Shown in pieces: positions 45,322 to 54,647 of a stretch of 64,000 nt of DNA. Made by a program: the position numbers and the translations under genes. The stretch is from an uncultured Gammaproteobacteria bacterium (GTDB lineage: Bacteria > Patescibacteriota > Patescibacteriia > UBA9934 > GWF2-40-263): positions 4,399-68,398 of the forward strand of contig CAZIDX010000007.1 of assembly GCA_964538435.1 (NCBI GenBank), written 5' to 3'. Position 1 is the first letter of the stretch. Each line of letters begins with the position of its first letter. The notes beneath the pieces were generated by a model. It was not told the origin of the DNA, did not search any database, and saw nothing but the letters and a program-made list of their open reading frames with translations.

Positions 45322-46916
45322 TTTTTGTAGATTTGATAGAGGGATTCTTGGTCGTAGGTCTCAATGAGCTTGATTCCCAGGTCCATGTCTGCGAGTCGTG
45401 AATTGTTCAAATATTCAATGTCCTCAGAAGGGAATGTTATGCCGTAATAATACACTGAATCCGTCTTTGTGAGGAGCGGAAGCGCTTCGTATGTAGCATC
45501 ATCGCGGAGCGGGTACATGACCTGTCTGTGAGGGAAGATGATCTTATCAGCACGATCAACAATGATGATACTACTCTCTTGTGTGTGCGTGAGGATGCTC
45601 TCCTGGATCTCCCCTGACCTGGACAGTGTGTCTGCTACTTTTACGAGACCGTCTTGCCCCTGTGAGAACACAGCGTTGAAGTTGAGGAATACCACCATGA
45701 AGAGCAACCCAGCAGAGATGAGTTTTGCTTGCTTTGAATAGATTGTCTGTGCAAGCTTTTCTATTGCAATGGCAATGAGCGGAATCGACAAGATGTACAT
45801 TGGGAGCCAGTAGCGCACATAGGAGTTTGCCATGGTTATTTGGGTTGGATCTGGGTTGTCATGAATCTCCCAACTTCCGTACATGAGCGTGAGGTAACCA
45901 AAGATCATTGCTCCGGTTGCGATAATCCCCCACTTTTTCCAATTCTTTTTGTCTTTCCAGCACACCACCCCCAAACCAATCGCGGCAAGTGATGTGAGCC
46001 ACCAGAACATGGATCCAAAATAGATTGAGAAGTGCTCCCAGGCCGAAGCTGGGTGAATGCCAAACGGGAAGAGCTCGACTGTGTCTGCGGATTCATCTGC
46101 GCTGAGTGTGATCTGAGCTGAATCGATCCCAACCGTATAGCCTGTTGTGAGTGGACCGCCGTATGTGAGTGTGTTGAATGCAAAAAGAATCAAGAGGCCC
46201 AGGGCGAGTCCGAGCAGGCCGCGGAGAAGGTGTTTGTATTTGAGGCGCCTAATATTCAGCGCGAGCAATGCACCCAGAGCCAAGGCGATCCAACCGAACT
46301 CTGATGTTCTTACAAAGAGAGCGAGTCCGAGCGAGAGTCCAGCAAGAATGTCGCTGAGCCATGGTGCTCGCTTGAGTTTTTCAAATGGTTTGCAGACCCA
46401 GAGCCAGAGCGCAAGCACGATCAGATCAATGAAAAGTACGTTGTGCATGAGTCCGCGCGCTGAGTAGTACCAGATGGCTGGGTGGAGCAAGAAGAGTGTG
46501 AATGCCATCAATCCAATCTTTGATCCAAAAAATTTCTCTGTGAGTTTTCTAAATGCCAGCCCTGCACCGACGGTTATTGCCGGAGTGAGCACCCAAAGCA
46601 CCCAGGAACCAAAGAGCGACATAAGGGCGCCATAGAGCACTGGGAGGCCAAGGAAACTGCCTGGATAGAGGTAGCCTTCAACTGAAACTGTGCTGCGTGG
46701 GTGAATGCGATCATCAAGAAAAAGCGAGGTTAAGTTTGGTCCATCATGCAAGACCCCTTCTGCAGCAAAACGCTCTGCAAAAAAGGCGTTTGCTGTCTCA
46801 TCTGGCGAGATGTAGAGCTGCTGCTCATTGATGAGGATGAGTGATGTGAAAAAAAACAGAACCGCTACAGCAGCAACGATCCACCTTCCAGATGACTTCT
46901 TAGAACTAGAGACCAT
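45318..46916 (-). CDS. GT-C fold membrane glycosyltransferase (PMT / ArnT-like, GT39/GT83 type)
   Basis: ~11 TM helices, first extracytoplasmic loop with a DE motif (YISPDETANAF), large C-terminal soluble domain. Confidence 0.6.
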   Translation of the reverse strand: MVSSSKKSSGRWIVAAVAVLFFFTSLILINEQQLYISPDETANAFFAERFAAEGVLHDGPNLTSLFLDDRIHPRSTVSVEGYLYPGSFLGLPVLYGALMSLFGSWVLWVLTPAITVGAGLAFRKLTEKFFGSKIGLMAFTLFLLHPAIWYYSARGLMHNVLFIDLIVLALWLWVCKPFEKLKRAPWLSDILAGLSLGLALFVRTSEFGWIALALGALLALNIRRLKYKHLLRGLLGLALGLLILFAFNTLTYGGPLTTGYTVGIDSAQITLSADESADTVELFPFGIHPASAWEHFSIYFGSMFWWLTSLAAIGLGVVCWKDKKNWKKWGIIATGAMIFGYLTLMYGSWEIHDNPDPTQITMANSYVRYWLPMYILSIPLIAIAIEKLAQTIYSKQAKLISAGLLFMVVFLNFNAVFSQGQDGLVKVADTLSRSGEIQESILTHTQESSIIIVDRADKIIFPHRQVMYPLRDDATYEALPLLTKTDSVYYYGITFPSEDIEYLNNSRLADMDLGIKLIETYDQESLYQIYKK

Positions 46917-47484
46917 ACGTGAACAAACTAATCACTGCGAAAACGATCGCGAGCGAGAGCGTTCCCACACTTACAGGGATAAAGAGATTAAACCCACTCC
47001 AAAGAGCAATGAGGAGAAATGAAACACCTATGACTTGCAGGACCATCTTTGTTTTTCCGAAGATGTTTGCGCTCACTATCTTCCCTTCAGCTTTTCTGAG
47101 CACACCACCGAGCGTGAGCGCAGCCTCAACAATAACGATCAAGAGTCCAAAGATGACATTCACGTGCTTGATGACGACCAGAAGCACGACTGAACCTACT
47201 AGAATTTTATCAGCAACAGGATCAAAGAAGGTTCCCCAGTCTGTGATCTGCTTGCGAAGCCGCGCTATTGATCCATCGAGCGCGTCTGAGAATGCGAGAA
47301 GCAGAAAGAGGGGCATGCCAAGGGAATACTGCTCAAGATAAAGAAGCACGAGTACGAATGGTGTCATGATGATCCTAAAAATGGTCACCATGTTTGGGGT
47401 TACAAACGATGGGACCAAAGGCACAAACGTGTACTTCATGACGTGATCGTGCGGGAACAGCTTGTACGGATCGCGCTCAACCAT
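46906..47484 (-). CDS. CDP-alcohol phosphatidyltransferase family protein
   Basis: D-x2-DG-x2-AR ... G-x3-D-x3-D signature (SDALDGSIARL ... FFDPVADK). Confidence 0.7.
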   Translation of the reverse strand: MVERDPYKLFPHDHVMKYTFVPLVPSFVTPNMVTIFRIIMTPFVLVLLYLEQYSLGMPLFLLLAFSDALDGSIARLRKQITDWGTFFDPVADKILVGSVVLLVVIKHVNVIFGLLIVIVEAALTLGGVLRKAEGKIVSANIFGKTKMVLQVIGVSFLLIALWSGFNLFIPVSVGTLSLAIVFAVISLFTYGL

Positions 47485-47524
47485 AGTATAATGGATCAGA
47501 AATCCGGCAGACCCGGGATATTCT

Positions 47525-49672
47525 ATGTATCACAAGATTCACCATACCATTGTTACGCTCGTTTTTCTAGCGTTTTTTGTGGGAAACACCTTTGCGTTGC
47601 AGAGCACTTCGCTGGGCCTTATTCTTCTCATATTCTACCTACTTTTCTTCGGTTGGGAGCTGGGCGGACTCATCACCACTTCTGAGAAAGCTATCCTGCG
47701 CTGGTGGCTTGGTGTGTGGCTTCTTCTCTCTCTGATCATGATCATTGGGAGTGCTGCGTACTACACAACATTTTTAACAGCAGAGGTTGTGTATGTGATT
47801 GTGCTTCTTACGCCTCCGATCGTGCTCTGGGCAGCCACTCGGCACAAACACAAGCCACTGATGCTTCATGCGCATGATCTGTGGAAAGAGAAGAGGCATC
47901 GCATCCCGGGTGTTGTGTTTTTGCTTGCAGCGCTGTTTCTTGTTTTGCTCTCAATGTATTTTAGTGTTCTAGGTGACCACCTTGTTACAGATTCTGTGCG
48001 CTCAGTTTGGGAGCGTGTTCCTGGAGGAGTGTTTCAGCTCTTTGCTCTTGCTTCCCTTGTGCTGTTTGCGCTTCTTCTTCGCGGAAAAGAACGTGCACTC
48101 ACCATCTTGCTCTACGGAGGGATACTTTTTGCTGCTGTGTCTGTTGTTGCCATTGTCTTCCCTCTTGGATTCGGGTTTGACTCGTTTATTCACAAAGCCA
48201 CAGAGTCACATCTAGCTGAGTTTGGAACCATCAGTCCAAAACCGTTTTACTATATTGGACAATACGCCCTGGTGTTATTTGCTCACCACGGTTTTTTACT
48301 TCCTGTTGGCCTTGTTGATACGTATCTTCTCCCAACGCTCATTGCACTGCTGCTCCCATCTGCTTGGTACTTTGCTGCGGCGCATATCACCCGGAAGAAA
48401 TCTGTGGCTATGGCAACGCTCCCAGGTGTTTTCCTGCTCCCGCTTTCAGGATTCATTGTCACAACACCGCAGGGACTTGCAAATCTTTGGACACTCCTGA
48501 TTGTTTTGGCTTCTGTGCCTTTCTTGCTTGAAAAGGAGCATCCGCGCTTGCTTGTGCTTGGACTTACAGCTGTGGCAACGCTACTTATCCATCCGATTGC
48601 CGGGATCCCGGTCATGCTCTACCTTGCCCTGCTTTTCTCTGACCCATCGCGCATTGATCCGCGCACACCAGTGCTGAATCGCATCTTACGCATCATTTTA
48701 ATTGCGTTTGCGTCTGTTGTTCTTCCACTGAGTTTTCTTGTAAATGCACTTATTAGCGGCCAGTCGCTTGGCATTGATTGGGCCGCGCTCAATCCTCTCA
48801 CCTGGCTTGGGGAGCTGAACATTAGCGTGTTCTTTGAGAATCGCTTTGAGCCGCTTCTAGATCTTGTTTATCTCTACGGACTCAATGCAACCTTGATTGT
48901 GTTTGCGATTGCTGGCATGGCTTGGGTGATGTATCGCAAAGAACTTTCAACGCGGTTCCGTGTGCTTGTTGTAATGACGCTTGTGCTTGCGATCAATTAT
49001 CTCATCATGAGCACAACACTTGAGTTCACGTTCCTTATCGATTACGAGCGCTCAAACTATGCTGCGCGCCTGGTTCCGCTCATGGTACTGTTCCTCTCTC
49101 CTCTTTTGATCCTTGGCCTCTCTCACCTGCTCATCAACCTTAAGTCTCGACCACTTGTGCTGCGTACGTGTGCGCTTGTGTTGTTTGTTGCGATTGCTAC
49201 GAGCACGGTGTATATGTCTTACCCTCGACGCGATGCGTATGACACAAGCCGTGGGTTTAATGTTGGGCAGTCAGATATTGATGCGGTCTATCTCATTGAG
49301 ACGCTTGCAGGCGAGGAAGAGTATGCCGCACTAGCAAATCAATCTGTGTCTGCGGCTGCGATTAGTGAGATTGGCTTTCGCTACTACAACGATTTCTTCT
49401 TTTATCCGATCCCGACTGGTGGGGCGATGTACGAATACTTCTTGGACATGAACGAAATGCCAACGCGAGAGAAGGCCCAGGAGGCGCTTGCACTCATCGA
49501 TGATCCGGATGTTGAGACCATGTTTTATGTGGTGAACAACTATTGGTGGGAGGCACCGCGGATCATTGAAACAGCAAAGTCGAATGCGGATGATTGGCGG
49601 TCTGTGGGCGACGAGGGGCAGGTGTATATTTTCAAGTACGAGTTTGGTGAGAGCACAGTCGAGATGGAATAG
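47525..49672 (+). CDS. large polytopic membrane protein (715 aa), possible glycan polymerase/transferase
   Basis: More than 12 TM helices plus a C-terminal soluble domain; embedded in the glycosylation locus; no catalytic motif recognised. Confidence 0.5.
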   Translation: MYHKIHHTIVTLVFLAFFVGNTFALQSTSLGLILLIFYLLFFGWELGGLITTSEKAILRWWLGVWLLLSLIMIIGSAAYYTTFLTAEVVYVIVLLTPPIVLWAATRHKHKPLMLHAHDLWKEKRHRIPGVVFLLAALFLVLLSMYFSVLGDHLVTDSVRSVWERVPGGVFQLFALASLVLFALLLRGKERALTILLYGGILFAAVSVVAIVFPLGFGFDSFIHKATESHLAEFGTISPKPFYYIGQYALVLFAHHGFLLPVGLVDTYLLPTLIALLLPSAWYFAAAHITRKKSVAMATLPGVFLLPLSGFIVTTPQGLANLWTLLIVLASVPFLLEKEHPRLLVLGLTAVATLLIHPIAGIPVMLYLALLFSDPSRIDPRTPVLNRILRIILIAFASVVLPLSFLVNALISGQSLGIDWAALNPLTWLGELNISVFFENRFEPLLDLVYLYGLNATLIVFAIAGMAWVMYRKELSTRFRVLVVMTLVLAINYLIMSTTLEFTFLIDYERSNYAARLVPLMVLFLSPLLILGLSHLLINLKSRPLVLRTCALVLFVAIATSTVYMSYPRRDAYDTSRGFNVGQSDIDAVYLIETLAGEEEYAALANQSVSAAAISEIGFRYYNDFFFYPIPTGGAMYEYFLDMNEMPTREKAQEALALIDDPDVETMFYVVNNYWWEAPRIIETAKSNADDWRSVGDEGQVYIFKYEFGESTVEME

Positions 49673-49677
49673 TCATC

Positions 49678-49721
49678 AAAACACCTCATTTCCTTGAGAA
49701 AGAGGTGTTTTTGTATTGACA
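49678..49721 (+). repeat. 44-bp direct repeat copy 1 (hairpin + TTGACA module)
   Basis: AAACACCTCATTTCCTTGAGAAAGAGGTGTTTTTGTATTGACA; 42/43 identical to 50971-51013. Confidence 0.75.
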
Positions 49722-49860
49722 CAACTTGGCACAAATGCTAGGTTTCATTGTCGATTCATTTCGAAAGCCCCTCAGGGGGCGCCCTGGATCTTCACGAGGA
49801 AGTGAAAGGCTTCCCTGGTATCTCTCAGGAGATGCTGCTTCAGATGATACGGAGACAGAC

Positions 49861-50913
49861 ATGTCCCCCAAAGTTCCTGAAGAACTGTCCGCTGAGCAGC
49901 AGCTCGCGATCCTTCGCGACTGGCTCATGAACCACAACCAGGCGTTCGGACATATGCGCGGCAAGCTCGGTGGATCCACCATGGATCTACTCGGCAGGCT
50001 GCTCGAGACCCGTTCGCCCTCTGCCGCTCTGGAGGCGTACAACGCTCTGGTCAGCGACATGCGCATTATGTTCAAGCACCTGGCCAAGCTACGCCGGGAT
50101 GGCCACACCGTAGCCGAAGCTGAGCTGATGCGCGCCCTGACCCAGCCGGGCTACCTGATCACGGGTGAGACTGTCCCTCTGGAGAGCACAGCACCTTACA
50201 CACTGTTCATGATCGACCCAGAGCTCACCTTCGCAACCGCGAAGTTCCTGGAAGACTGGAAAAACGTGTACCTGAACCAGTGTCCTCGTGTCCGGTGTCG
50301 GGCAGTCGTCGAGCCAGAGTTCGCTTTGGATCGCTACGGCAACCTCATCTGGGAGGTCTACCTGCGTGAGATGCGGGAAAACTATTACGACCGAATCGGT
50401 TTCCTCAACGACGACTTGCAGCGAGCTCAAACGCTCGTGTCGTATGTTCTGGAGACCTTCGGGCGAAGGCTCGAAATCTCAACCAAGCGCGTCGGCACCA
50501 AGACAACAGACTTTATCCCCATGGGGTGGAGAACGAGACAAGCCCCTCGAACCAGAGCCCAGCTCACAGCTAATCACCGGGTAGTCAACATGCTCTCCTG
50601 CGTGTTTGGAAAGCCACTGGAGCAGGGACAGGTGTTGAGTGCGTTCCCACGTGCTGAGCAGCACCGTGTGGCAACCTGGCAGTTCCACGCACCTGCAGCC
50701 ATGAACCTGAGTAGCCCCAGACGTACCTTCTACGTCGGCTTCCACCCCCGGGCGGAGCACGAGAAGTGGCAGCGTGCACGACCGCAGCTCACCAGTCGCG
50801 GCACAGCCAACGGCTGGGGTGCGATCATCATCCCCAGATCCATGCTCGACATGTACGACCGTGAAGGGCACTTCCTTTTCCACAACCGCAACCTGGATTT
50901 CCCTGAATCCTAG
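49861..50913 (+). CDS. hypothetical protein (high-GC cassette 1)
   Basis: ~65% GC ORF. Start chosen at ATG 49861 (GGAG 8 nt upstream); the ORF opens at 49726 overlapping the promoter-like module, so the true start is uncertain. Confidence 0.45.
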   Translation: MSPKVPEELSAEQQLAILRDWLMNHNQAFGHMRGKLGGSTMDLLGRLLETRSPSAALEAYNALVSDMRIMFKHLAKLRRDGHTVAEAELMRALTQPGYLITGETVPLESTAPYTLFMIDPELTFATAKFLEDWKNVYLNQCPRVRCRAVVEPEFALDRYGNLIWEVYLREMRENYYDRIGFLNDDLQRAQTLVSYVLETFGRRLEISTKRVGTKTTDFIPMGWRTRQAPRTRAQLTANHRVVNMLSCVFGKPLEQGQVLSAFPRAEQHRVATWQFHAPAAMNLSSPRRTFYVGFHPRAEHEKWQRARPQLTSRGTANGWGAIIIPRSMLDMYDREGHFLFHNRNLDFPES

Positions 50914-50927
50914 ATTGCACCACGAAC

Positions 50928-50968
50928 GCCCCTGTTGGTTCACACCGGCCGGGGCGCTTTCTATTTCT
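50928..50968 (+). terminator. GC-rich hairpin terminator
   Basis: CGCCCC-N18-GGGGCG followed by CTTTCTATTTC; near-copy of the terminator at 51580-51618. Confidence 0.55.
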
Positions 50969-50970
50969 AG

Positions 50971-51013
50971 AAACACCTCGTTTCCTTGAGAAAGAGGTGT
51001 TTTTGTATTGACA
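50971..51013 (+). repeat. 44-bp direct repeat copy 2 (hairpin + TTGACA module)
   Basis: AAACACCTCGTTTCCTTGAGAAAGAGGTGTTTTTGTATTGACA, followed by a 16-nt spacer and TAAGGT. Confidence 0.75.
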
Positions 51014-51088
51014 AATCCTTAAAAAGGTGTAAGGTGGCTTCTTGTCGAATACCCCCCTACGGTAGGGAAAGCCGAATAGAATGTAGAG

Positions 51089-51562
51089 ATGCTAGGACGA
51101 GTTATGATCACCCTCAAAGTGACCATTGGCGACCACCTCGAACAGGTGCTCAGGGTTTCCGACAATGACCCTGACGCCGAGATCTTGATCGACGCAGCGC
51201 TCGACAGCAAGTGCGTCATGACCCTGACGGTCCCGCAAGAGCCCGAGTGCGCTGCTGCTCTTGGTCGTTTGGTGTTTGGCCAGGATCTGCCCACGGACAA
51301 GGTGGTGCTCACGGACAAGATCACGGAGCTGTCCAAGACCACAGACAAACTCGGGCTCAAGACCACGGTTCACACGACCCTGACGCGGACTGACAAGCTC
51401 CGCTACATCTGGCAGGTCGTGGAGAAGAGCGAAGCTGACCTGGTCAAGTACTCGGCGTTTGGTCAGGGATCGTTGAAGGCGGTCAAACAAGCCTTGGCCG
51501 AGCTCGGTCTGCATCTGGGTATGGACCTGTCCGAGATCAAGGACCAGCTTCCTCAGCCCTAG
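51089..51562 (+). CDS. hypothetical protein (high-GC cassette 2)
   Basis: 157 aa, ~60% GC; alternative start ATG 51104. Confidence 0.45.
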   Translation: MLGRVMITLKVTIGDHLEQVLRVSDNDPDAEILIDAALDSKCVMTLTVPQEPECAAALGRLVFGQDLPTDKVVLTDKITELSKTTDKLGLKTTVHTTLTRTDKLRYIWQVVEKSEADLVKYSAFGQGSLKAVKQALAELGLHLGMDLSEIKDQLPQP

Positions 51563-51579
51563 GGCACACAAGCACGCGA

Positions 51580-51618
51580 CGCCCCGTCGGTATCACCGGC
51601 CGGGGCGTTTCTTATTTT
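51580..51618 (+). terminator. GC-rich hairpin terminator
   Basis: CGCCCCG-N14-CGGGGCG followed by TTTCTTATTTT. Confidence 0.6.
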
Positions 51619-51651
51619 GAATCAAAAAACCAGCGCATGGCTGGTGTTTTG

Positions 51652-52635
51652 TTACTTGCGGAAAATATTCTCTACAATCTCTTCGAGGGTTACGTCTGCT
51701 ATTGAGATGTCTTTGACTCTGTGTTTTGTTACCAGGTCTTTGATAATGCCTGGTGATTTTTCTGCTGGGATTCTCAGCGATGCGCTAAATGGTGAGTGCT
51801 CGAAGATTTTTCCGTAGCTTTGCAGATCTTTTTTGTACACCCTGTCAAAGAACTCTACCTCGAGATATTTGTGGTCGCTGTACTTTTCTACGATTTCTTT
51901 GAGTGAGCCGTCGTATCCAACCTCGCCCTCGTCGATGATGATGAGGCGCTTGCAGAGGTTTTCGACGTCGTCCATGTTGTGCGACGTTAGGATAATGGTG
52001 GTTCCTTCTTTTTTGTTGTGTTCGCGCAGGAAGTTGCGGATGTTTTTTTGTGAGAGTACGTCTAGGCCGATGGTTGGTTCGTCTAGGAAGAGGACCTTTG
52101 GGTTGTGGAGGAGTGAGGCCAGGAGTTCGCATTTCATTCGCTGTCCGAGTGAGAGCTTGCGGACTTGGATATTTAGAATATCCCCGATCTCCATAAGCTC
52201 TGAGAAGTCTTTGATTCTTTTTCGATAGGTTCTCTCTGGGATGTCGTAGAGTCTTTGAATGAGTTTGAATGACTCGATGGCTGGGAGGGTCATCCAGAGC
52301 TGGAACTTTTGCCCCATTACGATTGAGATTTTCTTTTTGAACTCGTTCTCCCTGTGAATTGGTGTGTGTCCATCGACTGTAATCTCTCCAACGCTTGGTG
52401 TGAGGATTCCTGAGAGCATCTTTAGAGTCGTCGTCTTCCCTGCCCCGTTCTTTCCGATAAAGCCGATGAATTCGCCTGGCTTAATATCAAACGACACGTG
52501 CTTTACAGCCTCTTTTGTGAGTTTCTCTCTGTGAAAGAGCGCTTTGAGCGATCCTCTGAGCCCCTCTGCTTTTTCGTGATACGTAAAAATCTTGCTTACG
52601 TCTTTTACAGAGATGATGGGTGTTGTGTCTGGCAT
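51652..52635 (-). CDS. ABC transporter ATP-binding protein (ABC-2 exporter type)
   Basis: Walker A GKNGAGKTT, signature LSLGQRMK, Walker B LFLDEPT, H-loop TSHNM. Confidence 0.85.
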   Translation of the reverse strand: MPDTTPIISVKDVSKIFTYHEKAEGLRGSLKALFHREKLTKEAVKHVSFDIKPGEFIGFIGKNGAGKTTTLKMLSGILTPSVGEITVDGHTPIHRENEFKKKISIVMGQKFQLWMTLPAIESFKLIQRLYDIPERTYRKRIKDFSELMEIGDILNIQVRKLSLGQRMKCELLASLLHNPKVLFLDEPTIGLDVLSQKNIRNFLREHNKKEGTTIILTSHNMDDVENLCKRLIIIDEGEVGYDGSLKEIVEKYSDHKYLEVEFFDRVYKKDLQSYGKIFEHSPFSASLRIPAEKSPGIIKDLVTKHRVKDISIADVTLEEIVENIFRK

Positions 52636-52636
52636 A

Positions 52637-53434
52637 TTATCCTTGAGCGCTTTTGTAATGTCTCAGCCCCTTGTTCCAGAAGAGTGATGAGAGAAGATAA
52701 AAAATGAGTGCAAGACCTGCGGCAACAATGACATCCATGTAATCGACATTGCCGAAGAATGCTCTTGCTGGGACTGTGAACATGAATGCGAGCGGGATGA
52801 TGAAAGAGAAAAACATCTTTGCAAATCCTTTGAAGATCGTGATTGGATACTCACCGAGCTTCATGATGCTGTTTCTCAGATACTGCGGGGTTTCAATGAT
52901 GTAGAAGAAGTTGATTGTTCCTAGCATGAGTGTGAATGAGAAGTGCAGGACGAACCCAATGAGCAGGAATGGAATGTAGGTCATCAAGTAAATCGGATCA
53001 GCACTTGTTTGCGCGCCGTAAACAATGAGGAGCACGGCTGCAATAATGGCTGGTGTTGAGAAAATGACATCAATGAAACGATAGCTTAGGTATGCCCTGA
53101 GGTTTACTGGTGTGACAAGCAAGAGATCAAAGCTCCCCTTATCAACCAAGCGCATGATTCGAGTAAATCCACGTGTGTACGTTGCCCAGGATATGCCGTC
53201 GATGAAGAAATAGGTTCCAAGCAGCACATACATGTGACTGATATCCCACCCACCGATGAGTTGCACTTGTCCGTAGATCGCCTGGAAGAATATGATCGTG
53301 ATGGCAATGCGTAGGAGTGTTGCAAACGTAATGATTGAAAACGTAAATACATCACTAGTCCGATCCATGGTCTCTAGCTTGATACAGATGGCGCATAATT
53401 GCAGATGTTTCTTTACGCTCATATCACCCACCAA
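52637..53434 (-). CDS. ABC-2 family transporter permease
   Basis: Six TM helices; immediately upstream of the ATPase gene; overlaps the next permease. Confidence 0.65.
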   Translation of the reverse strand: MVGDMSVKKHLQLCAICIKLETMDRTSDVFTFSIITFATLLRIAITIIFFQAIYGQVQLIGGWDISHMYVLLGTYFFIDGISWATYTRGFTRIMRLVDKGSFDLLLVTPVNLRAYLSYRFIDVIFSTPAIIAAVLLIVYGAQTSADPIYLMTYIPFLLIGFVLHFSFTLMLGTINFFYIIETPQYLRNSIMKLGEYPITIFKGFAKMFFSFIIPLAFMFTVPARAFFGNVDYMDVIVAAGLALIFYLLSSLFWNKGLRHYKSAQG

Positions 53435-54230
53435 ATGCTTCGTATTTCTTTATTCCACGTTTCCACAGTATCGCGACAAGAATAGCCAAGATGATTGTCC
53501 AGATCGTTTGGATACCAATGCCCATTGCAATCTCAACCCAGCTTAGATTTCCCACGAACGCATCCACGAGAAAAGCTCCGATGTACTTAAATGGCAAGAC
53601 AGTGCCGAGTATTTGAATCCATCCTGGGAGGAATGCGAGTGGAATCAGTGCTCCCGCGAGGAAAAACAGGAAGATCTCTAGAACAAAGGAAAGGATATCT
53701 GAGTAGAGCATCCAGAACTCAATGATTCCAATCAGAACATCGATGAGAAACAGAATGTTGATTGCACCGATCACTGTCACTGCAAGCACGAGATACGAGA
53801 TTGGATTTGTGATGAGCTGGATGTGACTTGAGAACAGCAAAACAAGCACTGCAAGCACGGGCAACCCTAGAACTATCCTAAACAATCTCCGTGAGAGCGA
53901 GCGCCAGTAGTGGTAGGAGAAATAATTCATTGGACGAGTGAGATACTTTGAAAGCTCGCCTTCTCGAATCTCATACGCAACTGGAACGTTTGCGTAGATA
54001 GCTGAAAGGAGGTAGGTGATCAAAATATAGTAGGTCACCATTTCCCTTTTTGAATACCCCATGAGCTCAGCATTTGCTCCATACACATCGTTCCAAAGAT
54101 AGAATGTGCTGATCAAAAAAATTGAAGCAATACCAAATTGCACCAAGCTGCTTACGCGGTACTCAAGTGTCTCTTGCCATGCGCTTTTAAAAAGAAAAGC
54201 GTACATGGCACATCGCTTCTTGATCGTCAT
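53424..54230 (-). CDS. ABC-2 family transporter permease
   Basis: Six TM helices; operon with the two genes above. Confidence 0.65.
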   Translation of the reverse strand: MTIKKRCAMYAFLFKSAWQETLEYRVSSLVQFGIASIFLISTFYLWNDVYGANAELMGYSKREMVTYYILITYLLSAIYANVPVAYEIREGELSKYLTRPMNYFSYHYWRSLSRRLFRIVLGLPVLAVLVLLFSSHIQLITNPISYLVLAVTVIGAINILFLIDVLIGIIEFWMLYSDILSFVLEIFLFFLAGALIPLAFLPGWIQILGTVLPFKYIGAFLVDAFVGNLSWVEIAMGIGIQTIWTIILAILVAILWKRGIKKYEAFGG

Positions 54231-54324
54231 GCATCTATTGTACCAAAAAACCGACTAGATTGAACTCATCCTGTTTAGCATTTAGCAGGCACAAAAATGA
54301 AAACTCGCATGTCAGTCTATGGGT

Positions 54325-54354
54325 GATTTTTGTTCGCACCTACGAAAAAGACTC
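54325..54354. repeat. 30-bp palindromic repeat family copy
   Basis: GATTTTTGTTCGCA-CC-TACGAAAAAGACTC. Confidence 0.55.
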
Positions 54355-54409
54355 ACCCGGGGAATCATCTTACTTTGACCATTATTCTGAAAGGTGCGTT
54401 GAGGTGTGC

Positions 54410-54439
54410 AATTCTTTTTCGTAGGTACGAACAAGAATT
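54410..54439. repeat. 30-bp palindromic repeat (best copy; 14-2-14 with 13/14 complementary arms)
   Basis: AATTCTTTTTCGTA-GG-TACGAACAAGAATT. Confidence 0.6.
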
Positions 54440-54485
54440 ACGTTTGGGTTTGTTTGTGGTGTGTGGGTTGAGAAATAGAGAGAGC

Positions 54486-54520
54486 AAAAAAGTGAGTACT
54501 TCTATACTCACTTTTTGTCA
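54486..54520. terminator. bidirectional terminator
   Basis: A6-GTGAGTA-CTTCTA-TACTCAC-T5. Confidence 0.6.
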
Positions 54521-54647
54521 TCAGTTTATCCATCCTCACCCATTTCGCTTTTCCACTTCTTGTATAGTGCTTCGTGATCTCTATAGTAATTCTCTTCAAA
54601 ATTTGGATCTGATTCAAAGACATCTAATTCTGTATCGAGCAACTCTT

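Noticed and set aside
50928-51618. Integron attC sites at the 3' ends of the two high-GC cassettes
   Set aside because: The hairpins are short GC-clamped stems without recognisable R''/L''-L'/R' core sites or GTTRRRY; treated as ordinary terminators.
54526-54645. Possible ~38-aa small protein (LDTELDVFESDPNFEENYYRDHEALYKKWKSEMGEDG) just downstream of the GT4 stop on the minus strand
   Set aside because: No ATG start (only TTG), no SD, no recognisable family; noted but not called.
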